64,000 nucleotides of DNA from Candidatus Microgenomates bacterium (GCA_016204995.1 JACQJR010000002.1:2557-66556); one strand, 5' to 3'; shown: positions 29,295 through 39,765, counted from the stretch's first letter. The notes: generated from the letters alone by a model not told the origin. Made by a program: numbers and translations.

Positions 29295-29817
29295 TTTGTA
29301 GGGTCAAAGTAACCTGACTGTTGTAAATTCCTTCCTTGGCCCGGGTGATGCTATCCAGGGAGACCGCATTTATTTCTTTGTCAGCTGATAAATTGTCTAT
29401 AAATTTACCTAAAGTCGCCGTATTAGGAGCAGCAATAGTCAAGCGAATTTTGTCACTGGCGGTAGTTAAATCTACCAATTCCACCCCAGAAACGGCAACT
29501 AGATTATTCGTCAAAACCAAGCCTTGGGTAAAAGTAAGGCCTTTTTGAGCCAGCCTGCGTAATAAATTAGCCACCCTGTCCTTCAGCAGCACATGGGCCG
29601 ATTCCTGCTCTTTTAGTTTGGCCACTTCGGAACTTGTGATTTCATAAGCCGCTTTTAATTTATTCTGCTTTTGAATGACGAAGAAAAAATATCCCCCCGC
29701 GACTAGGGCGCCGGCTAGATAAATTGCCAAAAAAACTGTGGCTACTTTCTGTAGCTGCTTTGCCTGGAGCACTTCCCGGCCGTTGCCAAAAGTTTGCGGG
29801 AGCAGGGTGATGGCCAT
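29281..29817 (-). CDS. Type IV pilus assembly protein PilN-like
   Basis: N-terminal I.LLP motif + TM. Confidence 0.75.
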   Translation of the reverse strand: MAITLLPQTFGNGREVLQAKQLQKVATVFLAIYLAGALVAGGYFFFVIQKQNKLKAAYEITSSEVAKLKEQESAHVLLKDRVANLLRRLAQKGLTFTQGLVLTNNLVAVSGVELVDLTTASDKIRLTIAAPNTATLGKFIDNLSADKEINAVSLDSITRAKEGIYNSQVTLTLQNETK

Positions 29818-29823
29818 AATAAA

Positions 29824-30822
29824 TTAATCTCTCAAAGCCAGTCCTACAGAAATGGCATATAAAGGTGCAAAAGGAGCCAGAGCCTGACCTGTTTTAACAT
29901 CCAATATAACTTGCGCAAAGGGGTTGCCAATACTAACCTCTACTCCCAAACCTTCGGCAATGGCAGGAACGATATCAGGAAGACCGGAGGTACCGCCGCT
30001 TAAAACCACCATATCAATGGGCAGTTGAGAATGGTCCTGCTGCCAAAAAGCCCGGGCTTTGGCGAGCTCATCCACCATTTGAGCTACCAGTGGCGAAAGC
30101 ACTTGTTTTACTTTACCTTCTAAAGAAGCCGTCAAACCGTAGGTTCTTTTGTATTCTTCGGCTTGGGTAGCTTCAATACCAATACCCTGGGCCACGGCTC
30201 GTGTCAAAGCCTCACCCGCCAGAGGCGCCGACCGCGTAAACATTAATTGGCGATTAGAGGCTACAGCAATATCGGCGCTGCTGGCCCCAAAATCAATAAT
30301 CAGAGCAGTTTTACCGGTCGGAGCCAAGGCGCGCGTTAAAGCCAACAGCTCTGTTTCCACTGCCACCGGTGTCAATCCCGCCGCCGTAATCACTTTCAGA
30401 TATTTATTAACTGCCGTTTTGGGAGAAGCCACCAGCAAAACTTCTACTCCTTTCTCGCTGCGACTGACAATTTCATAATCAAGCTCTGCCTCTTTTTTAG
30501 GAATGGGAATGTAACCTTCGGCCTGCCACTGAATAGCTGATGAGATCTCTTCGTTAGACAAAGGAGGAAAAGAAACCAAGCGGGTATAAACTAAAGATTC
30601 TGACAGAGCAAAAACCACGTTTTTGGTAGTAACTTTGGCATCGGCGATTAATTTTTTAATAGTTTCCGAAATTTTGAGCAGGTCTTGTTCTGATTCAGAG
30701 GCCAATCCGCGAGGTGGTGCTTGCACTACGCCAGCCGCTACCAGTTTAATATTTTTACCCTCACGGGCCAGTTGGACCAGTTTAATGGAATGAGAACCGA
30801 TGTCCAAACCGAAATGACTCAT
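29824..30822 (-). CDS. pilM: Type IV pilus assembly protein PilM
   Basis: GLDIGSHSIK, IDFGA, LSGG, NPF, GLALR. Confidence 0.93.
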   Translation of the reverse strand: MSHFGLDIGSHSIKLVQLAREGKNIKLVAAGVVQAPPRGLASESEQDLLKISETIKKLIADAKVTTKNVVFALSESLVYTRLVSFPPLSNEEISSAIQWQAEGYIPIPKKEAELDYEIVSRSEKGVEVLLVASPKTAVNKYLKVITAAGLTPVAVETELLALTRALAPTGKTALIIDFGASSADIAVASNRQLMFTRSAPLAGEALTRAVAQGIGIEATQAEEYKRTYGLTASLEGKVKQVLSPLVAQMVDELAKARAFWQQDHSQLPIDMVVLSGGTSGLPDIVPAIAEGLGVEVSIGNPFAQVILDVKTGQALAPFAPLYAISVGLALRD

Positions 30823-31715
30823 TTGGTTAACCCCCCTCCATAATTAAAAGCGGCAAAATCAAACACTGGCGGCAAATCGGCATAAGATTCAAAGACTTGG
30901 ATTTTGCGGGTTGCGTCGCCTGATTTACCCTCCGAAGTGATCGTTTGACCTTGCATGGGGAAATTAACACCGGCGTTCACGCCGACTGGATGAGCTAAAA
31001 TAATGTTATAAATTAATCTGACTCTGGCTGCCTGTGGTCCGGCGATTTGATTCCCATTGGCACGGCTGGTAACATTCAGACTGCTAAAACTAATATTAGC
31101 CCCAAAAGCATAATCCTGCTGGTCAATGGTACAACCACTGATATCAGGGGCGGTAAAATTATTGCTGGCTCTTCGGCTGGAATTAGAATCATAGGCTGCC
31201 CGGGCTACTTTATAATCAGAACCCTCTTTGTAAAGAATAGTAACCTCGGCGGCCGGGGTCAGACCACCATTAGGGTCAGTCCCAGCAGTACCCCAGCAAA
31301 CCTTCAAGGTATCACCAGTAAAACACTTCCCATCGCTACAACTTAAATTACCGCTATCATCATGCGAAACCAGCCAGACGTTAAGAGCATCGCCGGAAGC
31401 GAATTTACCAAGCGGGGTAAAATTGGGCGTGCCGCCAGTACCTTCCACGCTCACGGTCACCGTAGTTGCGCTACCTAAATCCAGATCGCCCGGTTGACCA
31501 ATTAGGGCGCGTTCTATACCAGCTTCCGCCGCCGAAAAAGCCCGGGCCGATTCTTTTTCGCGGGTGGTAACGGCTACGTCCGTGATAGAACGAGAAATTA
31601 GGGAAAGAGCCACAGTAGAAGCCACCGCCAAAACGAGAAGAATAATAACTAAAGCCTGCCCAGTTTGGGCAATTAGGCTATTAGGTAATTGGGTTGTTGG
31701 GCGGACAGATGACAT
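30819..31715 (-). CDS. PilX-like minor pilin
   Basis: GQALVIILLVL.. hydrophobic helix, AFSAAEAGIERAL. Confidence 0.78.
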   Translation of the reverse strand: MSSVRPTTQLPNSLIAQTGQALVIILLVLAVASTVALSLISRSITDVAVTTREKESARAFSAAEAGIERALIGQPGDLDLGSATTVTVSVEGTGGTPNFTPLGKFASGDALNVWLVSHDDSGNLSCSDGKCFTGDTLKVCWGTAGTDPNGGLTPAAEVTILYKEGSDYKVARAAYDSNSSRRASNNFTAPDISGCTIDQQDYAFGANISFSSLNVTSRANGNQIAGPQAARVRLIYNIILAHPVGVNAGVNFPMQGQTITSEGKSGDATRKIQVFESYADLPPVFDFAAFNYGGGLTK

Positions 31716-31755
31716 TAATTTACTTTAACAAGCCAGCCGCCCACTGTCAACAAGC

Positions 31756-32289
31756 TTAGCTTAGCTTAACTTTTTGTCCTCTTTTTAATTTAAATTCTTT
31801 AAAAAGTAGAGAAACTACGCCCTCATCCAGACAATCTTCTTTTTTAAAACCCAGCTTTTCCGCTATCTCGTAAACTTTTTCTTCACTCTCTGCTTCTATT
31901 TCTACTAAAGGTTTAAGGCGGGGAAACCAGTCAATGTTTATCAAAACTCCATCTAAATACCAATCCTGACGGTGATGCCCATATTCTACCCGTAAATCGG
32001 GGACTGGCAGAATTTGATCCATCATGGCAATTGTATATTCATAATTTTTAACATCTGTTTCCCATTCATGGTATCCCAATCCATCAGCAAAATTACTTTT
32101 CAGATTAAGTTGTATAGAACCATTAGAAGCTTTACGGACTCTTAAGCTCTTTCTTCCCTCGCCCGGTACCCACCAGACCACTTGATCTAAATCCAACTCT
32201 CTTTCCAATTTCGCCCCCAGTTTTTTCAATTTGGCCTGAATGACTTTGGGATTAATATTTAAAATCTTGGCTTCTATTTCTCTATGCAT
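31756..32289 (-). CDS. CYTH-domain protein
   Basis: EIEAK, LRVR, E.ET, VEIEA. Confidence 0.82.
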   Translation of the reverse strand: MHREIEAKILNINPKVIQAKLKKLGAKLERELDLDQVVWWVPGEGRKSLRVRKASNGSIQLNLKSNFADGLGYHEWETDVKNYEYTIAMMDQILPVPDLRVEYGHHRQDWYLDGVLINIDWFPRLKPLVEIEAESEEKVYEIAEKLGFKKEDCLDEGVVSLLFKEFKLKRGQKVKLS

Positions 32290-32463
32290 ATTAGTAAATA
32301 GTAATTAGAGGTTAGAGCTTTGTAAAAATGCTACAATTAATTTATCCTACAGTCAATGGTAATTAATTCATTTGAAGTATAGCGTGACCAAAAGAATTTA
32401 ATTTTAGTATAAACTCAAAACACTTCGGGAGTGAGATAGCTTTACACATTAGTAATATACAGT

Positions 32464-33885
32464 TTATTTACCAATGGCTGCCTGCCGGAGGTTAAAAATT
32501 TCCTTTAGATCGCCATCTACAATCAATTTTCCCTCTACTGGTCTCGGCATATATAATTTAACTTCACCTTCTTTGGTTCCGCCAGGCGGAACAGTAATAT
32601 TTAAGTACTCATAACGATAAGCGCTGGCTGTAGAAGTCTCATAAAAAATACCGTCTGTAGCAAAAATCCCTGGGAAGAGTAAATTAAAGGTTTGGTTATC
32701 GCCAATATTATCGTTTTTAAATCTTAGTTTTAAAGTAATATCTATTTTTCCATCATTAGAAGGTCGTAATTTTTGCTGAACTTCTAAAAAGTCAATGCGG
32801 CCCTTGTTAGGTGTAGAAAAGGAAGTACCAACTAGTTCTTTAAAGGAAGAATCAGGTAAATCGGTAGGAAATTTAAAACTATTAATATCAACTAAACCTT
32901 TTTTAAAATCAATTTCAGTGAAATTGGGAACTTGTAATATAGTTGGAGTGGTTTTTCCCGATATCCTACAATTAGTTTGCCCAAAACTGGCTTCATTAAC
33001 TCCTCCGTAAGCACCATAATGCCATGTGCCTATCAGGCGAAATTTCGGAGGAATGCTTACTTGACCAATATCAGACCCAAAACTGCCACATGAGTATTGA
33101 AAACCCTCTTGAGTTAAAACTTGTACCGGGCCTATTGTGCTATTCGCTAAGGATAACGAGACTAAAGAAACTGTATCCTTGCCTGTATTTTCAAAACCAT
33201 ATAATAATGTAACCCATTTCCAACCTTCCTCTTGAGTCTTATCTTCTTGGACAGTAGTATAAGGACCGTATCTATTAAAAAGTCTCCCTTTGCTTGTTTC
33301 GATTCTAAAAGGAAGTGCTTTAAGCTGATTTGACTTTAGAATTTCTTTAGTTGGGGAAGGTTCTGTTAGGGAATTTTGAGAAGCGGCTTGGATACGTGGA
33401 GAAAGAGAAGCTGCATCAGCCATAGGCATAGTACCACTGGGATTAATGTAATATTTGCTATTATTTTCTCCCTTGGTTTTATCTAAAGCTACCATCATGC
33501 TGGAAAATTTCACCCTGGATCCATAAACCTCACCACTGCCGCATAAATCTTTAAAAGTAACACTGGCTTGTTCAGCCGCACCCATTAAAGCACCGTAGAT
33601 ACTCTCCCGCACGGTCACTGCCTCAACTTTGCACCCCTTTAATTGTTTAGCCATTTGTGTCACATATTCCTGGATTGACTGGTCACGGCGAAGGTCTGGT
33701 GCGACCAAAGTCATGGCTTTATTAGAATCGCCATTACTAAGAGCATTGACAAAATCCATAGCAATTTGTTCTTGCGGAGGACGGCCGGAACTGCAAGCCT
33801 CAAGTAAAGTTACAGAAGCTACCCCTAAGAGTGATAACCAATTCTTGCGTTCCATGCTCATTTTCGGTTTACCATTTCCCGACAT
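32464..33885 (-). CDS. Hypothetical lipoprotein
   Basis: LLEAC lipobox-like; 473 aa. Confidence 0.7.
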   Translation of the reverse strand: MSGNGKPKMSMERKNWLSLLGVASVTLLEACSSGRPPQEQIAMDFVNALSNGDSNKAMTLVAPDLRRDQSIQEYVTQMAKQLKGCKVEAVTVRESIYGALMGAAEQASVTFKDLCGSGEVYGSRVKFSSMMVALDKTKGENNSKYYINPSGTMPMADAASLSPRIQAASQNSLTEPSPTKEILKSNQLKALPFRIETSKGRLFNRYGPYTTVQEDKTQEEGWKWVTLLYGFENTGKDTVSLVSLSLANSTIGPVQVLTQEGFQYSCGSFGSDIGQVSIPPKFRLIGTWHYGAYGGVNEASFGQTNCRISGKTTPTILQVPNFTEIDFKKGLVDINSFKFPTDLPDSSFKELVGTSFSTPNKGRIDFLEVQQKLRPSNDGKIDITLKLRFKNDNIGDNQTFNLLFPGIFATDGIFYETSTASAYRYEYLNITVPPGGTKEGEVKLYMPRPVEGKLIVDGDLKEIFNLRQAAIGK

Positions 33886-33921
33886 TATAAGTCAAGAGGG
33901 GAATAAGCTATAATAATAGCC

Positions 33922-34726
33922 ATGGCACAAATTTTGGCCGTAAAACTAGGCGGCAGTATCATTACTTCTAAAAAAGAAGGTGAGCCGGAAATTAAGAGGG
34001 AAGTAATTTTAAGACTGGCCCAAGAAATAAAAGCCGCCAGAACTAAAAAATTTTTTGATTTAATTTTAGTCCATGGCGTCGGCTCTTTTGGACATGGCCT
34101 AGCTAAAAAATATAAATTATGGGAAGGGCTTAAAAATAAATCGCAAATTATCCCTTTCGCCCAAACCCAAGCTCAAACTATTACCCTAAACCATCATGTT
34201 TTGGAAATTTTTCATTCTGTAGGACTGCCGGTGATGGGAGTTAATCCAACTACTATCATTTTGCAAAAGGATAAAAATTTATTAACTTTTGAAACGCGAG
34301 TTATTAAGCATCTATTAGATAACCACTTTATTCCAGTTTTATATGGGACGATCGTCCAAGATAAAAATTTAACTTTTTCCATTTGTTCCGGCGATACCAT
34401 ATTAATGTATTTGGCTAAAAAATTTAATGCCCAAAAAGCTATTTTTTGCCAGTGACGTGGACGGAGTTTTTACCCAAGATCCCAATTTAAATAGCAATGC
34501 TCAACTTATTCCTGAAATTAACAAGAAAAATTTCCTACAAGTGATTAAAGGCACTAGCGGGTCGGCGAGCGTAATTGATATTGGTGGGGGAATGAAGGGA
34601 AAATTAGAAGAAATTCACACTCTTTCACCCGGCATAGAAACTTGGATTATTAATGGTAACAAAAGAGGAATTCTTAAAAATTTACTGGTGAGTCAGACTA
34701 AGCAGGGGACTAAAATTATTCTCTAG
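33922..34726 (+). pseudogene. Isopentenyl phosphate kinase, split by a single-base frameshift near 34442-34447
   Basis: KLGGSIIT.K, HG.GSFGH, SGD in first ORF; ASDVDGVF..DP, GGM.GK in second ORF. Confidence 0.78.
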
Positions 34727-35216
34727 GTTCTAGGGGAACTGGTGCTGTTTCTCTGATTATTCCATGTTTACCTGCTTGCAGGTCTTCTATCATCTCTACC
34801 ACTCCTTGACGCACCCATAAATCTATCAGCTCGGCCGGCGACATCCATAATGGCTTGGTCACTTCCGAATCAGGCGGCACATTATCTTCCTGCAATAATT
34901 CCACATCCATTCTGTAAAAGGTAAGACCGGCCACTCCTATACCATACATGCCCACCCTTTCAATCTTCCTAATTTGAATAATACCATTACCTAACTCTTC
35001 TTCTGCTAATCTAAAAAGGGTGTCAAAATGCGTTTCTTCCACCTTCATTGTTTCCATGGGGATGCTTCTCATTCCGGCCATTTTGCCATATTCTGGGCGA
35101 TTGGTGGTTCCCTCAATGGTATATAAAAGACCACTAGGAAGAATAATGGCAGCTGCTACAGCTTGAAGCTTCCTTTTTTCCGGCGAGATAGATAACTCTA
35201 TAGATCTTTCTACCAT
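34716..35216 (-). CDS. NUDIX-like hypothetical protein
   Basis: Degenerate Nudix box P.ET....ET....L.RL.EEELG. Confidence 0.55.
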   Translation of the reverse strand: MVERSIELSISPEKRKLQAVAAAIILPSGLLYTIEGTTNRPEYGKMAGMRSIPMETMKVEETHFDTLFRLAEEELGNGIIQIRKIERVGMYGIGVAGLTFYRMDVELLQEDNVPPDSEVTKPLWMSPAELIDLWVRQGVVEMIEDLQAGKHGIIRETAPVPLEPRE

Positions 35217-35245
35217 ATAGGTATATTATATACACATCTGTATGT

Positions 35246-35791
35246 ATGTCAAAAAATAATTCTCGACAGATTATTCTGGCTTGTAATGAGCAAGGAAATT
35301 TTCAAGAATATATTCCCAAAGAAGTGGGACATGCCGGTAATGGCAAAAGACATCTGGCTATTACAGTTTTAATTTATAATGACAAGGGGGAAGTGCTTCT
35401 CCAGCAAAGAAAACATAAAGTTTTTGATAATATTTGGGATATCACCGGCGCCACGCATCCCCTACATAGAGAAGATAATACCGATGAGAATTTTACCGAA
35501 GCCACTTTAAGATGCATTAAGCGGGAATATAACATTGACCCTCTCCCGCTACAGAATTTAGGCTCATTTAATTATGATGCCCAATATGGGGATTTGTGCG
35601 AAAATGAACATTGCGCCATGATGCTAGGGGAATACAATGGCCCCCTAAAACTTAATAATGAGGTAGGATATTCTTACAAATGGATGGATAAAAATGAGTT
35701 TCTGGCCGATATTCGCAAAAATCCACAAAAATATTCTGCCTGGGCGAAAAAGGGAGTGGAGATTTTAAAGAAAAAAGGGTTTTTTATCTAA
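35246..35791 (+). CDS. idi: Isopentenyl-diphosphate delta-isomerase type 1 (NUDIX fold)
   Basis: H....RHLAITVLIYN, LLQQR, WD....HP, ENEHC, EV..Y.W. Confidence 0.78.
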   Translation: MSKNNSRQIILACNEQGNFQEYIPKEVGHAGNGKRHLAITVLIYNDKGEVLLQQRKHKVFDNIWDITGATHPLHREDNTDENFTEATLRCIKREYNIDPLPLQNLGSFNYDAQYGDLCENEHCAMMLGEYNGPLKLNNEVGYSYKWMDKNEFLADIRKNPQKYSAWAKKGVEILKKKGFFI

Positions 35792-35835
35792 AATTGCCTC
35801 TTGCAAAAGCAGAATAATTATTACTATAGTAAATT

Positions 35836-36801
35836 ATGACCGAACGTAACTCGTCGCGAGATCCGACTTTCTTTGAGACCCGCCGAAGGCTCAATAAATT
35901 ACTTCTTGTTGCCCCTTTTATACTTCCTGAACTATTAATTGCTTGTGCTCCTGAAAGTAAAGTTGCTACCCAACCAAAAGAGCTACCTGCCAATATCCGA
36001 GCTATGTTGCCTGAAAGCATCGCCCGGGCTACAGAAGAAGCCATGCAACCTAAAAAGGAAGTAAAAGGAGCATCTGCTCAAGACATAAAAATTACTAAAC
36101 CTGTGTTCACCAATTGCAACGAAGAAAATGTATGGGGAGGATGGGTTGTGGAGTTAGGCAACAAAAATTATTTTCTTAAAAAGGGGCAATTTTCTATTGA
36201 AAAACAGACTCCGAGCGGTTCAGTAATCAGTAAAAAGGAGCTTTTGGATGTAAAATTGGCAGCCGGTTCAACTTATTTTATTCCGGCAATTACCAAAAGT
36301 GGTGCCATAACTCATAATGGTGAGGGTTCAAAATTAGGAAGAGTTAATTTAACTTTAGATGGATCCTTAGACTGGAGTCAAGTTGATGGATCTGATAAAG
36401 AATATAGCTTCATTACTAATTTTGGGGGGTTTGGCAAATTTAAGCCCCAGGAGTTTATGTATATGAATGGCTACAATATTGTTTATTATTATCCAGCAAC
36501 ATACTTTAAAGTAAATGTTAAAAATCAGGGAGAAAGGGGAATAAATAAACTTTCTATCTTCGGTATTCTGTTAAGTTCTAAAGGGGAATTATTGGACATT
36601 TTTGTTTCGCCAGGTCTAGTAAGAAGTGGTGGAAAAGGAGTTGGTATCCCTTATGGGAAAGAGGAAGCAGTAATGGCAGTCTCTCTAAGTGAAAGCGGTC
36701 AATGCGTTAATACTAAATATGGCGGCCCCACCGAACTTCTTTATTGGGTTTATTTTGAAACCCACACCGGCATGCCGGTGGTAAAACACGAAACTATATA
36801 A
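35836..36801 (+). CDS. Hypothetical lipoprotein with RRR leader
   Basis: TRRRLNKLLL...LLIAC. Confidence 0.65.
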   Translation: MTERNSSRDPTFFETRRRLNKLLLVAPFILPELLIACAPESKVATQPKELPANIRAMLPESIARATEEAMQPKKEVKGASAQDIKITKPVFTNCNEENVWGGWVVELGNKNYFLKKGQFSIEKQTPSGSVISKKELLDVKLAAGSTYFIPAITKSGAITHNGEGSKLGRVNLTLDGSLDWSQVDGSDKEYSFITNFGGFGKFKPQEFMYMNGYNIVYYYPATYFKVNVKNQGERGINKLSIFGILLSSKGELLDIFVSPGLVRSGGKGVGIPYGKEEAVMAVSLSESGQCVNTKYGGPTELLYWVYFETHTGMPVVKHETI

Positions 36802-36803
36802 AT

Positions 36804-37319
36804 TTATTTATTCCTTAACTGGACTTGGGAGGAAACGTTAGCAGTGGCTTTTTCTCGGGCGTCGGTGGTGGTGCCGCTTTGAGTTAGCGTAAAAGAAATA
36901 TTAACTACATTAAGAGAAGAATTACAGCTAAATTGACAAGCTGACACATTAACTGCCGAAGTAGTTAGCCTGGCTCCGTTAGAAGCAATATAGGCATCAT
37001 CGGCTGGCGTCATCTGACAATTAAAACGGCCGGGTTGGCCATAAAAATCCAAATAATCAATCAAAGTGGCACTACAATTAGTAATAGAAGTGGCATTCCG
37101 AAAATGACGCTCCATTACCTCCAAAGCATAATCAGCTTCCTGTCGCACAGCTTGAGTTACCTCCACCTTACGTTTGTTAATAAAAATGGTGGAAATAGAT
37201 TGGGTGGCAAAAAGGGCAATTACCACAAACAGCGAAAGTCCCACCAAAAGTTCAATAAGAGTGAATCCCAATGTAGAATTGAGAATGTATAATTTATAAT
37301 TTCTGAATTTTTTATACAT
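36804..37319 (-). CDS. Type IV minor pilin
   Basis: GFTLIELLV. Confidence 0.9.
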   Translation of the reverse strand: MYKKFRNYKLYILNSTLGFTLIELLVGLSLFVVIALFATQSISTIFINKRKVEVTQAVRQEADYALEVMERHFRNATSITNCSATLIDYLDFYGQPGRFNCQMTPADDAYIASNGARLTTSAVNVSACQFSCNSSLNVVNISFTLTQSGTTTDAREKATANVSSQVQLRNK

Positions 37320-37343
37320 TATAAATTGTAAATTTTACATTAA

Positions 37344-37787
37344 TTAATATTTTGTAAATTTAGAACTTAATTTAGTTTCATGCGTCCCCTTACTATCCGC
37401 CCAGAACACCCGCACTTCGGCATCAATTTCACTGTCAGATACTGTTGTTAATTTAATCTCCCGCGCCAGCAAACTACTGGAGATACAGCTACCACCGGTG
37501 GCCGGCCAGGCCAGAGGAGTAGGGAAAGGCGGCGCCGAAAAACACCAGGTGCCGGTTTTCCCTGCAAAATTATCCCAATTAGCGTTTCTGGTCGCTCTCA
37601 AAAACTCCATCACCGCCGTCGCATCCCGATTGGCATTACTTTGAGTTTGAGAAAAAGAAACATTAGAAATAGAAGTTGTGGTTAAATTAATTAAAGCTAA
37701 AACTATAATAGCCGCCACCCCCAAAGCCGCAATCAGCTCTACCAAGGTGAAGCCTTTATTTAGCATTTGGCATTTAGCATTTGGCAT
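37344..37787 (-). CDS. Type IV minor pilin (PilV-like)
   Basis: GFTLVELIA. Confidence 0.88.
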   Translation of the reverse strand: MPNAKCQMLNKGFTLVELIAALGVAAIIVLALINLTTTSISNVSFSQTQSNANRDATAVMEFLRATRNANWDNFAGKTGTWCFSAPPFPTPLAWPATGGSCISSSLLAREIKLTTVSDSEIDAEVRVFWADSKGTHETKLSSKFTKY

Positions 37788-37792
37788 TTTTT

Positions 37793-38299
37793 TTACTCTA
37801 TCTTTCCCGCCTTGGTAACAATAATAGTGGCAGTTTTTTCAGTTGCAGTTTGAAGAAAAGTAAAAGTGGCATCTTCTGCCCCCAGCGCCAGCACTTTAAA
37901 TAAGATAGAAACCGGCCCGGCGTTTTTGGTAATACCAAAGGGAATGTTAACTGTTTTTTCAGTGGCATCATCTGTGGCGCAATCGGCAATTACATCATAG
38001 CTGGTACTTGTAAAATTTATCTTCCAACCCACTAAATCCCCAGTACAACCGCTTGGTTTTTCGCCACTTGCCGCTTTTTGTTGAGCCAGCTGCAAATCGC
38101 TTTTAATTAGCCTGACTGCTTCTGATAATTGCTGCCGACTGTTAAAATCCCGATAAGAGGCATAACCAATTAATGACACAGTCACGATAATAGAAATCAC
38201 TGCCAACAGCTCAATGAGGGTAAAACCAAATGTAGAATTGAGAATGTATAATTTAGAATCAGGAAATTTCCGAAAAATTGTAAATTGTAAATTTTGCAT
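37793..38299 (-). CDS. Type IV minor pilin (FimT/GspH-like)
   Basis: GFTLIELLA, DL..AQQ.A. Confidence 0.9.
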   Translation of the reverse strand: MQNLQFTIFRKFPDSKLYILNSTFGFTLIELLAVISIIVTVSLIGYASYRDFNSRQQLSEAVRLIKSDLQLAQQKAASGEKPSGCTGDLVGWKINFTSTSYDVIADCATDDATEKTVNIPFGITKNAGPVSILFKVLALGAEDATFTFLQTATEKTATIIVTKAGKIE

Positions 38300-38309
38300 T
38301 ATACATTAC

Positions 38310-38783
38310 TTAAGGATTTGTGACTTTGTAGTTACAAGTCAATGTGCAGTCACTACCACAGCCAGACACGCTGCTGCCGCCAGTTTCCAGATAGGCGCAT
38401 AAAGCATAAGTAGTACCATTTGAACTATAAGAATATTTAGAAGTGGGATTTTGCGGATCCTGTGGCACCCCATCTATATAAATATTGGTTGTGGCACAAG
38501 AGGCAGGCGTGCCATCACCTTTAAGCTGGGCTGTGGAACCAAAACTAAGGCTGGTTGGGTAATCACCGCAATCAGCTCTATAAAGATCCAAACCGGAGGC
38601 AATTTTACCCAAATCTCCTTTGCGCTGGGTATCCCGACCTTGCCCCCGCACACCACCCAGGGCGGAAAGTGAAATACCCATAATCACTCCGATGATAGAT
38701 AACACTACTAAAAGCTCAATCAAGGTGAAACCGTGCGAGGCGCGGAATTTTGTAAATTGTAAATTGTAAATTGTAAATTTCAT
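38310..38783 (-). CDS. Type IV pilin (GspG-like)
   Basis: GFTLIELLV, RD.QRK.DL, P.DP; ATG at 38783 preferred. Confidence 0.9.
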   Translation of the reverse strand: MKFTIYNLQFTKFRASHGFTLIELLVVLSIIGVIMGISLSALGGVRGQGRDTQRKGDLGKIASGLDLYRADCGDYPTSLSFGSTAQLKGDGTPASCATTNIYIDGVPQDPQNPTSKYSYSSNGTTYALCAYLETGGSSVSGCGSDCTLTCNYKVTNP

Positions 38784-38785
38784 AC

Positions 38786-39277
38786 CTATATTGGACAATT
38801 GCCCCCACTTTCTTGCCAATTACTGGGTAAACTGCCTTTGCCGCTTTTACCGGTGGAGCACACAAACCAATACTTATTAGCCTCACCCTCTAGCTTGGCG
38901 TATAAATAGTATTTGGTGGCCGTCGCCCCTCCCGAACCATTAGAGTTATAGCGATAATATAAAGTACTGGTGCTATCGGTAGTAGAACTGAGGTCCTCTA
39001 AACATCCGCCTGGTAAATAATTGTTTGGCGTGGTTAAAGCACTACAAAGAGAAGAAATGTCACCGCGATTAACTAATAGTAGAGAAGGGTATAAATTATT
39101 GTTGCCATTGGCATAGGCTTCCACCGCTTTGCGATACTCACTTAAGTCCGATCTTCTTTGTACATCCCTGACCTGTTTTTGAGCAGCGGGATAAACATTC
39201 AAACCAATAGTGGCCAGCACCCCCATAATGCCGATGACCACCAATAGTTCAATAAGAGTGAAGCCTTTTAAGTGCAT
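38786..39277 (-). CDS. Type IV pilin
   Basis: KGFTLIELLV, RD.QRRSDL. Confidence 0.9.
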   Translation of the reverse strand: MHLKGFTLIELLVVIGIMGVLATIGLNVYPAAQKQVRDVQRRSDLSEYRKAVEAYANGNNNLYPSLLLVNRGDISSLCSALTTPNNYLPGGCLEDLSSTTDSTSTLYYRYNSNGSGGATATKYYLYAKLEGEANKYWFVCSTGKSGKGSLPSNWQESGGNCPI

Positions 39278-39765
39278 AAGTCGCTTTTAGCTCCGCTGGG
39301 CCCAAAATGCAACTTCCAGAAATTTTTACCCCCGCTGGAACCTGAACTGTGGTAATTCCTGTCCGTCGCTGGTACCTCCCTTTCTAAACGAATCTCTAAA
39401 CAATAATCCTGGCCGTCAGATATATATTGGTAATAATATGGTTCTGTATTTTTAGGATCAGTAGGAACGGCGCTGCCGGGAAGATAAGAACTAAGTCCGC
39501 CTATCCAAGTCGCGCCGGCAATACTGTTACACCAAGAGGTGCATTGAGAACCGATATCTCCAGTTTGCCCGGCATATCTATTTTTATCGGTATAAAATTG
39601 CTGTAAGGCGGCCACTATTTTTCGCCCGTCGTCAATTCGTTGGCTATCACGAGCCTTAGCTAAGGCCCCAGGGAAAGTGTTAATACCCACTGTGGCCAAA
39701 ACGCCCATAATGGCAATGACGACCAGCAGCTCAATTAAGGTAAAACCAGGCAGTATTTTTTTCAT
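39268..39765 (-). CDS. Type IV pilin (GspG-like)
   Basis: GFTLIELLV, ARDSQR, P.DP. Confidence 0.9.
   Translation of the reverse strand: MKKILPGFTLIELLVVIAIMGVLATVGINTFPGALAKARDSQRIDDGRKIVAALQQFYTDKNRYAGQTGDIGSQCTSWCNSIAGATWIGGLSSYLPGSAVPTDPKNTEPYYYQYISDGQDYCLEIRLEREVPATDRNYHSSGSSGGKNFWKLHFGPSGAKSDLCT

Noticed and set aside
32290..32463. 170-bp intergenic gap
   Set aside because: AT-rich with promoter-like words only; no ORF or stable structure found
14300..36806. CTATATAAATTT at two convergent junctions (14303, 36794) as a cassette recombination site
   Set aside because: AT-rich, includes the stop codon, and only two instances; chance is plausible
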